DNA of 34,909 nucleotides, taken from contig ADNK01000882.1 in assembly GCA_000320545.1 (NCBI GenBank), positions 1-34,909 on the forward strand, given 5' to 3'. The number at the start of each line of letters is the position of its first letter. Within the stretch, counting starts at the first letter, position 1. A program made the translations under genes and the position numbers. This DNA comes from Bigelowiella natans CCMP2755. Lineage: Eukaryota; Protista; Cercozoa. The notes under the pieces were generated by a model, which worked only from the letters and a program-made list of their open reading frames with translations, had not been told where the DNA came from and did not search any database. Below, piece by piece: positions 34,635-34,909 of the stretch.

Positions 34635-34827
34635 CCATCATCATTAGGATCATCGTAGTCTTTGTCATGTTCTGTCCATCGTGAGGACGATGATGCACAA
34701 GAGTGAACATTCCCTTCTGAACTCTGCGCTGCTCTAGCCCCGCTCCCCCCACACCCCTTGTTTCTAGCCATTTAAAGATGTCTCATCACCCTGGATTTAC
34801 GATCTGAAACTTGAGTGCAAGAGGGTC
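33942..34827 (-). CDS. 3' end of a PH-domain-containing protein (5' part outside the window)
   Basis: Exons 34790-34827, 34452-34506 and 33942-34229 join in phase to DPLALKFQIVNPGWGYAFSRTVYVVKLQAFEELADWTYALKNFVKS..., matching the PH beta6-beta7 plus C-terminal helix pattern (F-x-I..Y..EE-x3-W-x2-AL), followed by a disordered tail. Confidence 0.6.
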
Positions 34828-34875
34828 CTGACAAGAAGAGGGAAGAAATTAGTAAGGGAGGGGGGGGGGGGGGAG

Positions 34876-34909
<34 letters not shown>

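Noticed and set aside
1-34909. tRNA, rRNA, snRNA genes or intact transposons
   Set aside because: No recognisable structural RNA signature, transposase or reverse transcriptase ORF, LTR or terminal inverted repeat was seen by eye. A covariance-model and repeat-library search would be needed to exclude small ones.

Overview
Gene-dense, intron-rich eukaryotic nuclear DNA with GT-AG introns of about 54-500 nt, many filled with microsatellites. The style resembles a protist such as a chlorarachniophyte or other rhizarian, but that is inference only. Most ORFs in the supplied track are microsatellite or antisense artefacts. Manual splicing recovers about 13-14 genes: the N-terminal part of a secreted prolyl-4-hydroxylase-type protein (-), an S10 serine carboxypeptidase (+), a COPI-associated/TVP15-like membrane protein (-), an NDUFA7/B14.5a-like complex I subunit (+), an intronless membrane-anchored PP2C (+), a small spliced hypothetical gene (-), an RGG-rich MPLKIP/TTDN1/SICKLE-like protein (+), a divergent WDR5 (-), an MGCxxS-acylated hypothetical protein (+), succinyl-CoA ligase alpha (-), a tiny spliced candidate gene (+), a 2xCCCH-SAM protein (-), an atypical kinase (+) and the 3' end of a PH-domain gene (-). 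Three observations stand out. (1) The atypical kinase carries eight RNA polymerase II CTD-like heptads and sits head-to-head with the CCCH-SAM gene. (2) Genes are mostly in divergent pairs, and the spacers at gene 3' ends are filled with scrambled DNA rich in short palindromes and locally lacking TpA. (3) Two of those spacers contain short copies of sequence from the neighbouring gene. No RNA genes, CRISPR arrays or intact transposons were recognised.
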